Positions 44,538 through 53,681 of a DNA stretch of 64,000 nucleotides are shown piece after piece. A program made the translations under genes and the position numbers. Under the pieces are notes generated by a model, which made no database searches, was not told the origin of the DNA, and worked only from the letters and a program-made list of their open reading frames with translations. Numbering within the stretch: the stretch's first letter is position 1; each line of letters starts with the position of its first letter. Where the stretch lies: the IMG/VR virus record IMGVR_UViG_3300027985_001729, positions 11,304 through 75,303 of that record, one strand, 5' to 3'. The DNA is from a virus.

Positions 44538-44993
44538 TTATGGCTTGATCGATAGGCGGGGTGCGTTTGGGCATGATGGCCTGCCGCACACCTGCCACGG
44601 AATATCGTTTCGCTGAACCCAGTCTCGTAGCGCTGTCGCATAAATCCAAGGTCGATTCGCGCGCATCCCGTGGACGGGTAGGCGGTCTCTCTTGGCCGTG
44701 GCGAGGTACCTCGTCCGACGCCTGTCGGTGTGCCCCAGCATGGCCGTGATCGCGTCCCACCCTTCTACCCGCGGCAGGTCGCTCGTCCTTGGATCTGCCT
44801 TGCGTCGCTCTTTCCAGTCGGTTGCATAATCGCTTCGAATCCACAGCGTGCCCCTCCCTTTGCCCCTGCCCAAGCGGACGCGGACGGGGAGAGGATCCTC
44901 CCCGAGTCGCGCGTAGAAATCGATCATGCTTTCCGAGCATCCAAGAAAGTGAGCGATCGCCTTTTGCCCAATGAGCTTTTGAACCTCGTTCAA
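44538..44993 (-). CDS. Tandem excisionase/MerR-like HTH protein
   Basis: Two copies of G(Q/W)xAIxxxLG...LPV...WI....DW; TTGA overlap. Confidence 0.65.
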   Translation of the reverse strand: MNEVQKLIGQKAIAHFLGCSESMIDFYARLGEDPLPVRVRLGRGKGRGTLWIRSDYATDWKERRKADPRTSDLPRVEGWDAITAMLGHTDRRRTRYLATAKRDRLPVHGMRANRPWIYATALRDWVQRNDIPWQVCGRPSCPNAPRLSIKP

Positions 44994-46222
44994 GAGAACA
45001 CCTCGAGCGGGTCGATGATCTCCACGTGTTCTTGCGTTGGCCGCTGACGAGCGGCTCCTGGCTTTTGCTGGCGCGGCTCGATGAGTCCTCGCTCGAGGAG
45101 AGCGGAGGTGATGGCCGCTCGAGCGCGCTTGAGCATGATCTTGGCCTCGCGCTCGGTAGCTGGGACGCCTTGATGCCCCATGCTTCGGAGGCGCTCGAGC
45201 GCCTCGGGGATGGTCATGCGCTCGAAGAATGGCTCCATGGTGCCGTTCTTCGCCCGACGAGCTGCTTTCCGCTGTGGAGCTCCCACGTCGCACAACCTCA
45301 CGAGGTCAAGCTCCACAGCGGAAAGCGGGCGCCCCAAGTCTGTGACCACACCTCGAGCACTGACCATCCGCCCGACGCGGGCAGCCTCGATCGCTGCTCG
45401 CGCATCGAGCGATCTGAGGAGAGCCTCCTCGCCGCGCGCGGAAGAGGACCCGGAGCGAGATGGGGAGACAGCCATGCGCCCATCAAGCCGGACACCGCTC
45501 GGAAGTGAGTTCGTTGCGCGGGCGCTCGTCCTGAAGGTAGGCGCAACCCCGAGGAGCGCCTGGTCCACGCTGAAGGCTTTGTCGATAGCGGCGCGGTGTC
45601 CGGCGAATGAGGCACGCCTCCGCTTGGCTCCGCCGCAGACCCGGCACGTGCGCTCCTCCCCGACGTCATCGGAAAGAACGCCCTCCCCAGAGCATGCGGC
45701 GCAGTCCTTGTCTTCGTCGCGCATCTCGAAGGTGACCACGAGCTCGTCGCGCCCCTCGAGACGAACCATCAGGTTCCAGAGCATGCCAAGGAGGGTTCCA
45801 AGCAGGAGCCGCTCCGCATCCCCCTGCGGAAGGCTCCTGCCTCCCCTCGGTTTCACGATGGAGATGTCGCCACCGTTGAGGAAGCGGTAGATGTCCTCGA
45901 CACGAGCGACACCACGGCTCTCGATGGTATCTCGAAGCGATGCGATCCGCTCGGTTCGCGCACGGATGTCGAGCTCAAGCTCGGCGTCCTGGTTTCTGGA
46001 CCACAGGGCGATGCCGCCGCCATCGGGGAACGAGTTTCCAGCGGATGGGTCTCGCTCCCACAACGGACGTGGTGTCACGGGCGGGATCGTCGCTTCGCAG
46101 GCTGGGCAGTAGAGAGCGCCGTCCCCATGCCACACAGCCTTGGAGGACAGGCAGAACGGGCAGCGAGGTGGAGGGGATGTTTTTGGTGTGGAGCGTCGAA
46201 AAGTAGGGGAGGAGTCCCGCAC
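44990..46222 (-). CDS. Zn-finger transcription regulator candidate (Q-like position)
   Basis: CPFC/CPAC and CAAC/CRVC pairs, C-terminal sigma-4-like helices; GGAGG before GTG 46222; start may be upstream. Confidence 0.55.
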   Translation of the reverse strand: MRDSSPTFRRSTPKTSPPPRCPFCLSSKAVWHGDGALYCPACEATIPPVTPRPLWERDPSAGNSFPDGGGIALWSRNQDAELELDIRARTERIASLRDTIESRGVARVEDIYRFLNGGDISIVKPRGGRSLPQGDAERLLLGTLLGMLWNLMVRLEGRDELVVTFEMRDEDKDCAACSGEGVLSDDVGEERTCRVCGGAKRRRASFAGHRAAIDKAFSVDQALLGVAPTFRTSARATNSLPSGVRLDGRMAVSPSRSGSSSARGEEALLRSLDARAAIEAARVGRMVSARGVVTDLGRPLSAVELDLVRLCDVGAPQRKAARRAKNGTMEPFFERMTIPEALERLRSMGHQGVPATEREAKIMLKRARAAITSALLERGLIEPRQQKPGAARQRPTQEHVEIIDPLEVFS

Positions 46223-46337
46223 GAAGCCTCCGGCCTGGACGAGACCCGCTCGTCCGTGGTAGGTATGCCGCGTACTCCTCGTGGGCGTGGGGTGCCGAGG
46301 GCTGGCGCGGACAAGGCGACCAGCCCTTCTTTTTCGC

Positions 46338-47732
46338 TCAACCCGTGGTGGGTACGGTTTCATCCGGAGAAACGGATGACTGCCAACGAACGAGACGCGC
46401 CAGCGCTTCGATAACCGACTCCCCATCGGCGGGCTTCACCAGTGCCACCACCGCGGCGAGCTGGGCGCGGGCCATGGCCACCTCACGGCGTTGGGCGTCG
46501 GCCTCTTCCTGGTAGTGGGTCACCTGCTTGCGTAGGTCCTTGGCGATCACCTTGTGCGCGCTGGCCTGGGCCCTGAGCTTGGTAGCGATCTCGGCCGGGT
46601 TGTTCCCGCGTCTCCTCGATGCCAAGTCGTCGAGGAGGTACTCCACCGTGGTCACGATGTGAGCGTAGGTCGGCCTGTCCGACAGTTTCGGGAACCTATC
46701 CAAGAGCTTCTTGTCGATGCGCTGAAGGAGAGGTGCAACGTTCGCGGCGGGATCGGTGCACGGGGAACCTGACCCGTGCAGGATCTCGAGCTCGACCATG
46801 CGCGACACCACTTGCTCGATGCACGTCTCGATCGTTGCCGAAGTGATCTCCCTGAAGCCTGCCTTGCGCAGGGTGGCCGCAATGCGATCGCGGAACAAGC
46901 GCCACGTCGTGAGCTCCTCGAACAGCACTTCGGTACAAGCGGCGATTTCATCTGGCCTTGATCTTGATGATATCAGCGGGAATTGCTGAGCGATCTTCCA
47001 ATCGATCCGAGCTAGCAGCGAGGATAGCTCTGCCGACTTGCCGATGAGGCATACTGCCGTATCGACCATGTTGTCGCCGGCGATAGTGGCATGGTGCTTG
47101 GCAACAGCCATCCCGACGCGGCCCACATCTTCTGCCAGCGACATTTTATGCTCACGTAGTTCTACGACCTCCTTGCGAAGAGAATCGATGAGCTTTGCGT
47201 CGTTGTCCCTCGCTTCCGCCATTGCATCGAATGACGCAACGTTCGACCTGTTCTTTTCCTCGAGTTCCTTCACTCGAGCCTCGGACAACGACAGCGCATC
47301 ATCGATCTTCTTGACCTTCTCCGTATCCGTGGCAATCCGCCCGTCGATTGAGTGAAGGCGCTCTAGTTCCGACTCGATGAAACGAAGCTCGACGTCTTTC
47401 GCACCTTCGGCCAAGAGAGAGTCGGCAAACATCTGCTTGATACGGTCCAGCAGGTTCCTGCTCCAGCCGCGGTCCACCGGCCACGCAGCCGAGGCGTTGA
47501 CATCCTTCGCGTGAGCGACGAGCTTTCCGTAGTGGGCCCTTATCCGCTGCAATGAGGCCAGCCCGAGCGATTCACCGCTATCATTCGGTTCAGCCGAGAA
47601 TCGGTAGAGTGAGGATCGAAGCTCGTCTAGAACGAGGTCCGTTTCACCATCGGCTGGCTTTTCATTGCCTGCCTTGTCCACGAGAGCCCTGACGACCCTC
47701 AGCCCTTCATTGCTCAGAAAAAGTACCTTCAT
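46338..47732 (-). CDS. Coiled-coil protein with internal repeats
   Basis: GGAGG RBS at MKVLF; heptads. Confidence 0.7.
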   Translation of the reverse strand: MKVLFLSNEGLRVVRALVDKAGNEKPADGETDLVLDELRSSLYRFSAEPNDSGESLGLASLQRIRAHYGKLVAHAKDVNASAAWPVDRGWSRNLLDRIKQMFADSLLAEGAKDVELRFIESELERLHSIDGRIATDTEKVKKIDDALSLSEARVKELEEKNRSNVASFDAMAEARDNDAKLIDSLRKEVVELREHKMSLAEDVGRVGMAVAKHHATIAGDNMVDTAVCLIGKSAELSSLLARIDWKIAQQFPLISSRSRPDEIAACTEVLFEELTTWRLFRDRIAATLRKAGFREITSATIETCIEQVVSRMVELEILHGSGSPCTDPAANVAPLLQRIDKKLLDRFPKLSDRPTYAHIVTTVEYLLDDLASRRRGNNPAEIATKLRAQASAHKVIAKDLRKQVTHYQEEADAQRREVAMARAQLAAVVALVKPADGESVIEALARLVRWQSSVSPDETVPTTG

Positions 47733-47790
47733 CGATTTCCTCCCAGAGAGGCATGGGGTGGCGAGTTGCACCCCATGCCTCTGACCTTCG

Positions 47791-48693
47791 TCACACCCGC
47801 GCGGAACTACCATGCTTGCCGCGCCCACGCCCTCCGCCGCCCGAGCTCCGCCCGGACAACTCCTTCGCCGCATCGAGCTCGGCAGTGAGCGAGGCGACGA
47901 CCTGCACCACCGACCCCTTCGGGAGGGAGGCGAACACGCGCTTGATTGGCTCTGTTGAGTTGGTCGGCTGAACGACGAGCTCCCCTCCGAACACAGAGAC
48001 GCACGCATCGGGGTACCTCACCTTGAGCGCTGCCTCGATGGCATCGACCGTGTAAGGAAGGAGCACCCGCTCGGCGTCGGAGATGACAGCATCGATCGTC
48101 ATCTCCTGCCAGTTCGAAGGAGCCACGTGCGTCTCGGTGCCCCACGAGAGATGCATGTACACGTTGTTCCCGACGATCGATGCGCTGGCGCTGGCACCAT
48201 GGCGCTCTGCCCAGGCATCCTTCACCTTCTCGAAGTTGCGGCCGCGCTCTGCCCGAGCGACGAACTCCTCGATGGCCTTGAACTCGATGAGGACGCACGT
48301 GCGGTGCATGGGGGACTCATCGCTCATGAACGTGTCCCCCTGAGCCACCACAGGCTCAGGTTTCAGGATGAGCGGCCGGAGCAAGCCAACGATGGCGTTC
48401 GCGACCATCGGGCCGTAGAAGGGGCGCCTGACGTCGGCGCTGAGGTGCTCCCAGGTGACGGGCTCGTCGTGGGTGTACGCCGCGAAGGAGGTCGCGCTCG
48501 GGTCCTTCTTCTTTGCGGCCAAGGCGAGCTCCGGGATCGACATGATCGCCACGTCGACATCATCCGGGTTGATGGTGGGGAGAGGTCTTTTCGCAAAGTC
48601 GCGGGCTTCCGTCGCGGCCTTGGTAGCCGCGCGGTGCGTCTCGATGAAGATGTCGGTAAGCATGATCTTGTTCTCTTGGTGGTTGTTGGTCAT
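47791..48693 (-). CDS. Hypothetical protein
   Basis: Long GC3-rich ORF; ATGA overlap. Confidence 0.7.
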   Translation of the reverse strand: MTNNHQENKIMLTDIFIETHRAATKAATEARDFAKRPLPTINPDDVDVAIMSIPELALAAKKKDPSATSFAAYTHDEPVTWEHLSADVRRPFYGPMVANAIVGLLRPLILKPEPVVAQGDTFMSDESPMHRTCVLIEFKAIEEFVARAERGRNFEKVKDAWAERHGASASASIVGNNVYMHLSWGTETHVAPSNWQEMTIDAVISDAERVLLPYTVDAIEAALKVRYPDACVSVFGGELVVQPTNSTEPIKRVFASLPKGSVVQVVASLTAELDAAKELSGRSSGGGGRGRGKHGSSARV

Positions 48694-50915
48694 GTTCTTT
48701 GGTTCCTGAGCTTGATGTATGTATCCACGGCCTCCATGGCCAGCGGACGTTCTTTGTTGATGTTGCAGGCGGCGATGGCGCGCTCCTTGGCGACGTCGCG
48801 GTCGGTCGCGCGGATTGTCTCATAAACGACGATGCCGAAGAAGCAGTAGAGCACGTCGTCATGGCTCGGCGCTCTCAGGAGCCTGCCAGGCTCACGAGGC
48901 TCGAACATCCCCGTGAGGGTCTTCGTGAGGGCGGCTCGGTCTACGTAGAAATCAGCGCGATGGAGGTGGCGACGCGCATCTTCCACCGTCTTCGCAGATG
49001 GGACAGCGGCAAGAAGCTGTTTGTCTCCCAAAGAACGCAGCATGTTTGCCCAGGTGTTGGCCGGGTCCTTCAGGATCATATCGCACGTGGCGCGCGCCAC
49101 CTCGAGCGATACGTCTTGAGCCGAAGGAATCTCGCCGCTTGGTGGGATGAAGCAGATCGTCGAATAGTTACCAACGATCGCCGACTTCGCGCTCTTCTCG
49201 ATGAAGTCCTTGGTTGAGTTGACCATCTGAACTGACTTGGCTCGAGCCTCCAAATTGAACGAGAAAGGGTTTGCTGGAAGGTTGGTGTCGCTGAGCCTTG
49301 GAAGTTCAGAGGCCGCGTCGTCTCTGATAGACTCAGACGCTTTCAGCACGTCTGACATGCTCGTGCGATCGTGGCCACGGTTCGCAAAACGGCCACCATA
49401 ATTCGACCAATGCGCGTCGCTGTTCACAACAAGATCGCACTCGGGACCGCAGAAATTTCCACGCGGCACGATGTACTGGCGGCCGCAATGCGAACAACCA
49501 TCTGGCTTCACGCGGGCGATGCGCGTCCACTTCGACACTTCGGATGCCCTCATGGCGTTGCACGTCAACCCGCTCGAGTACGAGACCATCGCGCCAGGCA
49601 AAACCCCTGTGATGGTGACGCACGAATCGCGAGAGTTCGGCGGCTGTGAAGGGTCGGCGTACACCTCGCCGACTAGCACCGCGCGCGGAACGTCACCTGG
49701 GCCAACGTGGGCAATGATGCCAGCGCAAACGGCTTGTTCACGGAGAGTCGTTTCACTCCAGCGACTATCATGTGACGGCCAACGTCCAGAAAGCACAACT
49801 ACCTTTGGTGCTCCGTCGCTGGACTCATCGACAGCCACCACATGGCACGACCCATCCACGAAATCCCAGATCTGGAGCTCCTCAATAACGTCTGGAGTTC
49901 TGCTTCGACGAAGGTCATCGAGCTTCGCCATCTCGCGATGAGTGGCGGGGAGGCGCCGAATACGGATGCTTTGCCCACCGACACAAATATCGAATGGCCC
50001 TTCCGTGGTCACGCCATAGACAGTGATGCTCGACGCAACACCGAGAATCTTCCCGATATTGTGGATTGGATGAGGTTTCGCCCACGAGATCCTGCCGGAA
50101 GCATCTGCTACGGCAAACCCGCGTTCCACATCCCTCTCCCTTGGCTTCCTTGGCGCGTTGTCCGTATCGAAGTACTTGTAAGCCTTCTTGAAGATGCCGA
50201 GCGCGACGCGATGCGTCTGGTTCTCCGCATGGGTGTTCGACTTGACGTGATCACCAACCACGACATCATCACCGTCCACCTCGAGCACCTCGAACACCTC
50301 GAACGGCATGCCTTTCGGTCCCATCATGTCGCAGAAAGCCCACGCCCCCGGTACGACCCACGACTCGGGGGGCGGCTCGCAGAACCCGAACGCCTCGGCG
50401 ATCCTCCGCCGAAGGTCACGATCCATCATCGCGCCACCACACGCGCCGAAGGCCGTGGCCACGTCGTACTCATCGGTGACGTAATGAGCGGAGAGCTTCT
50501 TGGCCACGGCTGCGGCGTCACTCTCGCCGGTGATCATCCGAGCCACGTTGACGATGGTCTGGGCGTTGCCAGTGAGCGGAGCCATGTCTCGGTCGTCGTC
50601 GCCCACAACGACGCGGAGCACGGTGTACTCAAGGGGAACCGCCGCGGTGATGCGCACCATCCTCGTGCCATGTGGACCACGCATCTTGTCTTCCCAAATG
50701 TCCACCTCGTCAACGCACGCGCTGGGATGCCCGACGAGCGCCCGAGCCATCGCGGATCTGTCGCTGTCCTTCGTCACAGCTACGTTCTCGCGACCGCGCC
50801 TGACGAGCATCGCCCCGTCGCTCACTTCGCTACCAAGGGGGCTCAAAGCGTTGCCAACCCCAAACATTTTATCGATTCCCATGTCGTTCCTTTCCTGCGC
50901 GGCACACTCGCTCAC
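48690..50915 (-). CDS. Large hypothetical multidomain protein
   Basis: 741 aa ORF; CSHC..FCGPEC Zn motif. Confidence 0.75.
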   Translation of the reverse strand: MSECAAQERNDMGIDKMFGVGNALSPLGSEVSDGAMLVRRGRENVAVTKDSDRSAMARALVGHPSACVDEVDIWEDKMRGPHGTRMVRITAAVPLEYTVLRVVVGDDDRDMAPLTGNAQTIVNVARMITGESDAAAVAKKLSAHYVTDEYDVATAFGACGGAMMDRDLRRRIAEAFGFCEPPPESWVVPGAWAFCDMMGPKGMPFEVFEVLEVDGDDVVVGDHVKSNTHAENQTHRVALGIFKKAYKYFDTDNAPRKPRERDVERGFAVADASGRISWAKPHPIHNIGKILGVASSITVYGVTTEGPFDICVGGQSIRIRRLPATHREMAKLDDLRRSRTPDVIEELQIWDFVDGSCHVVAVDESSDGAPKVVVLSGRWPSHDSRWSETTLREQAVCAGIIAHVGPGDVPRAVLVGEVYADPSQPPNSRDSCVTITGVLPGAMVSYSSGLTCNAMRASEVSKWTRIARVKPDGCSHCGRQYIVPRGNFCGPECDLVVNSDAHWSNYGGRFANRGHDRTSMSDVLKASESIRDDAASELPRLSDTNLPANPFSFNLEARAKSVQMVNSTKDFIEKSAKSAIVGNYSTICFIPPSGEIPSAQDVSLEVARATCDMILKDPANTWANMLRSLGDKQLLAAVPSAKTVEDARRHLHRADFYVDRAALTKTLTGMFEPREPGRLLRAPSHDDVLYCFFGIVVYETIRATDRDVAKERAIAACNINKERPLAMEAVDTYIKLRNQRT

Positions 50916-51004
50916 GCCTTCCTCTTGAAGCTACCACACACAGAGCATGATCCACGTGTCGCAACCATGTAGCGTGAATTTCGTCGATGAATGCTACTTC
51001 AGCA

Positions 51005-51394
51005 TCACCCAACGTCGATCGAGTAGTCGATGGTCCACGTGAAGGTCACGGCACCAATCGGACCGCTCATCGACTTCGACAAGACCCACGGCCCACCGAT
51101 GCGTAGCCGGTCGTCAAAGCCAAGCTCTGCCGTCGCTCTGGCCACGTCGATCGCAGCAGCCATCACCAGCTTGTCCATCACCGCAACGTCGAACACCTCT
51201 CCTCGATCGAACATGCCCTGGGCGTCATCTGGGCTGACCGAGATAGAACTCCGCATGGGCTTCGCCATGATCGCAACGGATGTTGATGTCGACGGGACAA
51301 GACCGCCACGCGCTCGAGCGATCACCCTGAGCACGCTGTTGGCGAACTTGCTGTAGTCGTCTCGAATGAGCCTTTCTTCGTTCATGCGTGCCAT
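51005..51394 (-). CDS. Hypothetical protein
   Basis: TGATG coupling at MARMNEE. Confidence 0.6.
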   Translation of the reverse strand: MARMNEERLIRDDYSKFANSVLRVIARARGGLVPSTSTSVAIMAKPMRSSISVSPDDAQGMFDRGEVFDVAVMDKLVMAAAIDVARATAELGFDDRLRIGGPWVLSKSMSGPIGAVTFTWTIDYSIDVG

Positions 51395-51741
51395 CACTTC
51401 AAACCCAGCGCTTCGCGCTCCTCGTCGGTCAGCTTGGCCAACGCCTTGGACCTGGCTCGCTCCTTGGCCTCCAGTTCCTTCCCATCGATGTCCACGCGGG
51501 CCATCCTGTCGAGAACGCGCACAGACCCGTCGCTGAGCCTGACCGCCTCCCGTTCCTCGACGACCATGAACGAGCACTCCGCCTTGGCCTTCGTCGAGAA
51601 CACGCCGACGACATTCGGCCATCCGCCGCCATCCATCCCCCTGTCAATGCGCAGGTACACTGTGAATAGCTCGCCGACGCGCTCGATGTGATCGAGGTCC
51701 CCAGAAAAGAGATGAGCCTTCCCGTGTTGCGGGTGGTTCAA
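51394..51741 (-). CDS. Hypothetical phage protein
   Basis: C-terminal ALAKLTDEEREALGL motif; coupled to neighbours. Confidence 0.7.
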   Translation of the reverse strand: MNHPQHGKAHLFSGDLDHIERVGELFTVYLRIDRGMDGGGWPNVVGVFSTKAKAECSFMVVEEREAVRLSDGSVRVLDRMARVDIDGKELEAKERARSKALAKLTDEEREALGLK

Positions 51742-52052
51742 GGCGAGCCACCCGTCTGTTGGAGCTCAAAGTCACCGTACAGTTGCTTCGCCCTCCACCT
51801 GTCGAAGATCACCTTTGCGATCGACCATACGGCCTTCTCCTTACCGAAGGCTTTGCGCCCGAAGTTTGAGCAGATGCTCTGCGCCTTGAGTCCTTCGAGC
51901 CCTGCCTCGGTCAGCTTCTCGTAGAGCCAACCTCCCGCAGCGCCAACCTCAACGACGCTCGTCGTGCATGGCATCCCAGCATCGACGGCAGCCTTGCGCC
52001 CATCGGACATGAACCTCTTGTACTCATCTTCGCTCAAAAACTCAGGTTTCAT
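51738..52052 (-). CDS. Hypothetical protein
   Basis: Overlaps both neighbours by 4 nt. Confidence 0.65.
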   Translation of the reverse strand: MKPEFLSEDEYKRFMSDGRKAAVDAGMPCTTSVVEVGAAGGWLYEKLTEAGLEGLKAQSICSNFGRKAFGKEKAVWSIAKVIFDRWRAKQLYGDFELQQTGGSP

Positions 52053-52573
52053 TGGATCACATCTTTCTCGAGTCGTGCCTTTTGCATTCGCCGCAGACGA
52101 TCAGCAGGGGTCTCTCGCCTCGGCGGACCTTCGTCCAGCGCCCGCGCTGGCGGCGGGTCTTCGCGCACCGCTGGTTCTTCAGGTTCTGCTGGCTCCTGCT
52201 CTTCGTGCGCTGGTAGCTGACGCGGACCGGCAACCTCGTAGAGACCACGAGCCGAACGCGCCACGAGCCGGTGCGCGACGAGGGCGAGCAGCGCTTGGTT
52301 AGCGCTTGCCCGACTCATCCCAGCACCAGCCGCGATCTCAGCAACCGTGCGCCGGCCTGGGTTCGCACGCAGCCACACCAGAATCCGATCGCCCTGCGTC
52401 CCCTTGCCCGGCTCTGTCGCGGAACCTCGGCGCCCGCGCCCGGACACGTCGCGCTTGGCCTCTCGCGTTCTGTCGAGTCGTTCGCGCAGGCTTGCCTCCT
52501 CGTCCTCGATTCGTCCCAGGAGCCGCTCACGAAGCTCTTTGAACAGCGCTACGTCGTCTTCCAGTCCCATCAC
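52049..52573 (-). CDS. Coiled-coil plus winged-helix DNA-binding protein
   Basis: RILVWLRANPGRRTVAEIAAGAGMSRASANQALLAL..GLY; GGAGG RBS. Confidence 0.7.
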   Translation of the reverse strand: MMGLEDDVALFKELRERLLGRIEDEEASLRERLDRTREAKRDVSGRGRRGSATEPGKGTQGDRILVWLRANPGRRTVAEIAAGAGMSRASANQALLALVAHRLVARSARGLYEVAGPRQLPAHEEQEPAEPEEPAVREDPPPARALDEGPPRRETPADRLRRMQKARLEKDVIQ

Positions 52574-52708
52574 CCAAGTTCCTCCATCATGTCGATCACG
52601 GCCCTTTCTCGGTTCGCGCCTTCAGGTAGTCATCCCCGCTGATGACCTGAAGATTCTCGAGCTGGTACCTTGACGCTACACGTCACATAGTGAACCGTAC
52701 GCCGTGAC

Positions 52709-52924
52709 ATGTCCAGCCGAAGACGCTCAAGACGGGTCGTGACCCTCTCGGCCCTCGTCCCATCTGGTGGCAGGCCGCAGCTCTGGGCCTATGGGTACGC
52801 CGACCTGGCGCGCCTGCTTGGCCTGAGCGAGGCCGCTCTGCGCCAGCGCGTGCGGCGCGGGACCTTCGACCCTGGGGACCTTGCCGCCGTCGTCGAGATG
52901 GCCGCGAAGATCCGGCAACCGTGA
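52709..52924 (+). CDS. Small excisionase/MerR-like HTH protein
   Basis: YGYADLARLLGLSEAALRQRVRRG. Confidence 0.6.
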   Translation: MSSRRRSRRVVTLSALVPSGGRPQLWAYGYADLARLLGLSEAALRQRVRRGTFDPGDLAAVVEMAAKIRQP

Positions 52925-53068
52925 CCCATGGAAGGCAAACGGCCGGTGCTACCAACACCGACCGTTACCCCGCCTTCCGGCGTACCGTTGAGTGCTCTTC
53001 AGTACCTCTCAACGTCAGCTCCCTGAGTCTGCCATCGCCGAGGCCACGTGTCAACTACATGCGGCGTT

Positions 53069-53626
53069 CTACGTGACCGGAGCCCGCCGGCACAGGCGGA
53101 TGGCGGGCGGGAGCTTCTCGAAGAGATACCCGCGCAGAAGGAGCGCGTCAGCGACCCTGTCTCGCAGGTTCTGGGTTGGCGCGGCAAGGAGATAGCCTTC
53201 GCCGTGGAAGTTGACACGGACGAGTCTCGGCTCAACGCCAAGCTCTGCCGACACATCGTCAACGGCACGGCAGAGCGAACCGAGCTCTTCGTTCGACCAA
53301 CTGGCTCGAAGATCGCTCGGGAAGTCCGCGCTCTGCATTTGATGGGCGGCATCGACGGCGATTTGAAGCGTGCTGCGCAGCCGTGACTCATCCGTCTCGA
53401 CCCACCCCAGGAAACCAGGGGCCCAGCGCCCATCACCCCAATCCAGAACGCAGCGCGAGATCCCATCCGGTGCCACCCAGCGAGCGATAGGCAATGACCT
53501 ACTCCCCAGCGATATGCCTGAAGGCCCGACACGGATATGGGTGGATCCGTCAGGGAGCACGGCCACGTACCCGCTCACTTCCACTACCTGTCCGTCAAAT
53601 ATCTGTCCTTCGGAACGATGCATCAT
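53069..53626 (-). CDS. Hypothetical protein
   Basis: GGAG RBS; follows terL. Confidence 0.55.
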   Translation of the reverse strand: MMHRSEGQIFDGQVVEVSGYVAVLPDGSTHIRVGPSGISLGSRSLPIARWVAPDGISRCVLDWGDGRWAPGFLGWVETDESRLRSTLQIAVDAAHQMQSADFPSDLRASWSNEELGSLCRAVDDVSAELGVEPRLVRVNFHGEGYLLAAPTQNLRDRVADALLLRGYLFEKLPPAIRLCRRAPVT

Positions 53627-53681
53627 AGGTCTCCGTCGTAGTGCTTGGCTCGCGATCCTTGTCTTTGGGCACCATCACGCA

